From an archaeon (lineage in GTDB: Archaea; Nanobdellota; Nanobdellia; Pacearchaeales; GW2011-AR1), in NCBI GenBank assembly GCA_018693315.1, contig JABHLR010000004.1:100387-164386 (forward strand): a DNA stretch of 64,000 bases, written 5' to 3'. The notes beneath the pieces were generated by a model. The model had not been told where the DNA came from. It ran no database searches and was given only the letters and a program-made list of their open reading frames with translations. A program made the translations under genes and the position numbers. Positions 60,982 through 64,000 of this stretch are shown piece after piece; the first letter of the stretch is position 1; each line of letters opens with the position of its first letter.

Positions 60982-62823
60982 ATGAAAAAAGTCGGTGCAT
61001 TCCTAGTATTATTCCTATTACTATTCTCATTAGCCCCAGCATTCGCAGTCGACAACGACACAACAAACGGAACATCACCCTCCCCATCATCTTCAGGAAC
61101 ACCAAACGATGACACCGACGACCTCGAAAAAGGATTCGAATGCCTCGAAGAAAAAGCAGACGACTGCTCGGGATTATCAATTCAAGAAATCGCATTAACA
61201 ATTTTAGCAACACCAGACAATATTTTCGACGATTGCGTGGACGAGCTAGAAGACAGACAAAGATCAAATCACTGGGGAAGCGTCAGGGACACATCACTAG
61301 CAATCCTCGCATTAAGACACGCAGGCAAAGACACAGAGCCAGCAGAAAACTGGCTAATCGACCAAGAGCGAACACCAACAGATCTAGTATGGTATTTACA
61401 AGAAGATTCAAACGAAGAAACAGAATGTAACATCGACTACAAAACAGACGACTACACAATCAACATAGACACAAACAAAAAAATCGCAAACAGCAACACG
61501 GGGCCATGCCTAAAAAGAGCAGTCTCAAATTTCTGGCTAGAAGTCTCGCCATCTTGCTACAACGAAGACATCATGATCGAATGCGACAAAAATTTCATCT
61601 CAACAGTATTATACAAAAACAAAAACGCAGCAACATATTTCATCCTCGACAACACACAATCCGCACAAGCATACGACACAATCACATTAAACGTAAAATC
61701 AAAATGTTTCGGAGCAAGCTCATGCGATTACGAAGCAACAGCGTGGGCAACAACAGCGCTATTAAGAACAGGCCACAACGTAGAAGAATACATCCCATAC
61801 ATAATCGCAATGTCCGACACAAACAAAGGATACCTGCCAGACGCATTCATCTACATGCTGACAAATTACGAAGATTACGCAAGCAAATTAATCTCAGACC
61901 AAAAATTAGGAAACCACTGGGAAGCACCGAACAGCGCATACAACCAATATTACGACACTGCACTAGCTCTAGTCGCACTCGGCAGCTCATCAGCAGAACA
62001 AATCACAGAAGCAAGAAAAGATTTATTCCATTCGCAAGCACCAAGCAACGGTTGCTGGGGAAACTCAATAAGAGACACAGCAATAGTTCTGTGGGCACTA
62101 TCAGGACGATCAGGAAAGGCATCAGGCGGAAGCGGAGTCACATATTGTTCGGAAGCAAATTACTTCTGCATCCCATCATTCGATTGCCCAAGCACAGAAA
62201 ACGTAGGAAATAATTATTTCTGCGCATCACTATCAGACACATGCTGCACATCAGAAAACTTAAAATCATGCACAGAATACGGAGGCCAAGAATGCGCATC
62301 AGATAAAGTTTGCGTAGGAAACAACAGAAAGGCAGTAGATACAACAGATTGCTGTACAGGAACATGCGGAGACAGACCACAAGAATCAGAATGTGAAGCT
62401 AATTTCCACACATGCATGAATGAGTGTTCAGAATTTCAGGAGCCAATGGCAGCTTATTCTTGCGGACAAAACCAAGTATGCTGCCGAACAAAACAAGCTC
62501 CAGAAGGCGGATCAACATGGTGGATATGGGTCCTAATTATTTTAATAATAATAGTTCTTGTAGCAATAATCTACCTATACAGAGAAAAGCTAAAACTATT
62601 CTGGTTTAAAATGAGATCCAAGTTCAAAAAAGATAAGGGCAGAAGCGGAGGGGCGCGAAGAGGACCACCAAGAGGACCACGACCACCAATGCCGCCACGA
62701 CCAGGATTCCCACCAGTTAGAAGACCAAGGGCACCAGTTGCGCCAATGAGAAGAAGGAACTACGACAAAAGGGATTCTGCAATGTCCGACACTTTCAAAA
62801 AACTGAGAGAGATGTCTAGTTAG
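60982..62823 (+). CDS. Secreted alpha/alpha-toroid (prenyltransferase/terpene-cyclase-like repeat) protein with a Cys-rich stalk, a TM anchor and a Pro/Arg-rich cytoplasmic tail
   Basis: Has a signal peptide. Repeats: DTSLAILALRHAG, YEATAWATTALLRTG, YDTALALVALG, IRDTAIVLWALSG. About 24 Cys lie in aa 390-505. TM segment WWIWVLIILIIIVLVAIIYLY. Tail: RRGPPRGPRPPMPPRPGFPPVRRPRAPVAP. Confidence 0.6.
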   Translation: MKKVGAFLVLFLLLFSLAPAFAVDNDTTNGTSPSPSSSGTPNDDTDDLEKGFECLEEKADDCSGLSIQEIALTILATPDNIFDDCVDELEDRQRSNHWGSVRDTSLAILALRHAGKDTEPAENWLIDQERTPTDLVWYLQEDSNEETECNIDYKTDDYTINIDTNKKIANSNTGPCLKRAVSNFWLEVSPSCYNEDIMIECDKNFISTVLYKNKNAATYFILDNTQSAQAYDTITLNVKSKCFGASSCDYEATAWATTALLRTGHNVEEYIPYIIAMSDTNKGYLPDAFIYMLTNYEDYASKLISDQKLGNHWEAPNSAYNQYYDTALALVALGSSSAEQITEARKDLFHSQAPSNGCWGNSIRDTAIVLWALSGRSGKASGGSGVTYCSEANYFCIPSFDCPSTENVGNNYFCASLSDTCCTSENLKSCTEYGGQECASDKVCVGNNRKAVDTTDCCTGTCGDRPQESECEANFHTCMNECSEFQEPMAAYSCGQNQVCCRTKQAPEGGSTWWIWVLIILIIIVLVAIIYLYREKLKLFWFKMRSKFKKDKGRSGGARRGPPRGPRPPMPPRPGFPPVRRPRAPVAPMRRRNYDKRDSAMSDTFKKLREMSS

Positions 62824-62853
62824 ATTTATTAATACTCCAACCCTAAAAAATAC

Positions 62854-64000
62854 ATGAGGTGGACGATACTTTTCCTATTGATATTCTTAATGTCTATAGC
62901 AACAGCGGCGCCAACACTAACTTTCCAACACAACGAAACACAGCCGGGCGAAACAATAATAGCGACAATAACAACAGCCGGAGAATTTTCAGAACAAATT
63001 GAACCATCAAGTATTTCATTCTACGAAGGACGAAGGCAGGTTTCATTCGAATCAGACATCACATTTTACAAAGGAACACACCACATCTACGTCTACACAA
63101 CACGAGAGGGAAACTTCTCAATTCAAATAGAAAATATCCTATACAAAGAAGCAGACGAGCTAAAAGAAAAAACAATAAAACAAAATTTCACAATCAAAGA
63201 AAAAACAATAATCAACGAAGAGACAAACGAAACATCCACAGAAATTCTATCAATAAAACCAGGCTTCATTTTCACAACCCAAACACCAATAATAAAATTA
63301 ATCAACAAAGGAACAACACCACTAAATATAACATACAACGAAACCGAATTTCCAATTGAGTCACTAGGGACAAAAGAAATAACACTAGCACCAACAGAGG
63401 TTTTTTCGACGCTGACAATTTCATCGTACAAAGAATTTTCAATTCCAATAATTTATCCAGCTGCGAACTCAACATTCGTATCACCGTCGGAACAAATAGA
63501 TCTAAGACAAACCCCAGAATTATTACTAACAAATATTTTCACGAATACAGAATCACAGGAAACAATAGAGCTATTCAATTTTGGAGATAAAAACATAACA
63601 GACATGCAGGTGTCGCCAGATTTCGCATTTATCAACACAGAACCACTTGAGAATATGCCAGCACGAGGAGTACAAAATTTAACGCTAACTTTCAACCCAG
63701 AAAACCCAGGTCATTTCAAGGGGAATATAAATATCACATACACACAGTACGAAAAACAAAACACACTTTCAGTTCCAGTAAGTTTATTTGTACTCCCAGA
63801 AGGAAGCGAGGAATCTGGTTTCGAAGTATCGGAACAAACATGCGCAGAAATATTTGGAACAGTTTGTGGCATAAAAGAAACATGTAACGGTGAATTTTCA
63901 TTTACAAAGGGCGGAGAATATTGTTGTATGGCAGAGTGCAAGGAGGTCGAAGAAGAAGAGGCGGGAACTAGTTATGGATGGATATGGGCGATAGTAATTT
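62854..64000 (+). CDS. Secreted sequon-rich surface protein; the 3' end runs off the window
   Basis: Not in the ORF track because it is open to the window edge. My translation: MRWTILFLLIFLMSIATAAPTLTF..., with many N-x-T/S sequons. It ends ...CAEIFGTVCGIKETCNGEF...EYCCMAECKEVEEEEAGTSYGWIWAIVI (a Cys knot plus the start of a TM segment). Confidence 0.6.
   Translation, partial: MRWTILFLLIFLMSIATAAPTLTFQHNETQPGETIIATITTAGEFSEQIEPSSISFYEGRRQVSFESDITFYKGTHHIYVYTTREGNFSIQIENILYKEADELKEKTIKQNFTIKEKTIINEETNETSTEILSIKPGFIFTTQTPIIKLINKGTTPLNITYNETEFPIESLGTKEITLAPTEVFSTLTISSYKEFSIPIIYPAANSTFVSPSEQIDLRQTPELLLTNIFTNTESQETIELFNFGDKNITDMQVSPDFAFINTEPLENMPARGVQNLTLTFNPENPGHFKGNINITYTQYEKQNTLSVPVSLFVLPEGSEESGFEVSEQTCAEIFGTVCGIKETCNGEFSFTKGGEYCCMAECKEVEEEEAGTSYGWIWAIVI

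Overview
The window is a gene-dense, low-GC stretch of an archaeal chromosome. It carries eL19, eL32, eS4, eL40, eL43, P0/P1, aIF5A, aSUI1, Spt5, RpoP, SecE, PCNA, an archaeo-eukaryotic primase, and FtsZ with SepF. The gene content looks reduced: adk, cmk and the RNase P protein are absent from the ribosomal-protein cluster, the primase is fused, and Dph2 is short. By inference this fits a DPANN-type small-genome archaeon (Woese-/Pacearchaeota-like).

Layout:
- 1-2998: membrane and housekeeping genes.
- 3124-16097 (-): secY plus the L15-to-L3 ribosomal protein cluster.
- 16.2-21.8 kb: mixed genes, including an HNH-like/GIY-YIG pair, an AI-2E transporter, AMP phosphorylase and cyclophilin.
- 21845-22174: two tRNA-Ser(UGA) genes, one of them interrupted.
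- 22558-24408 (-): P1-P0-L1.
- 25.5-34.8 kb: translation and division genes (Taw1, S2P protease, eL40, aIF5A, FKBP, FtsZ, SecE, Spt5, L11, tRNA-Pro, eL43, RpoP, prefoldin beta, SepF, Dph2-like).
- 35.4-41.7 kb: cell-envelope block (acidic surface protein, mini archaeosortase, S-layer protein).

The most unusual region is a roughly 14-kb minus-strand cluster at 42468-56699. It encodes an RHH regulator, seven proteins with class III (prepilin-type) signal peptides, two paralogous giant Cys-rich polytopic proteins (1222 and 1387 aa) and a 461-aa secreted protein. These are arranged as three tandem 'pilin-like then large protein' modules followed by four more pilin-like genes. I cannot assign the cluster to any named system.

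Downstream lie PCNA, a sigma-70-region-4-like HTH, the fused primase, a DEDD exonuclease and two Cys-rich anchored surface proteins.

I saw no rRNA, CRISPR array, transposase or integrase. Coordinates I derived by hand (small ORFs, tRNAs, repeats) may be off by 1-2 nt. All family assignments come from motif recognition only; no searches were run.
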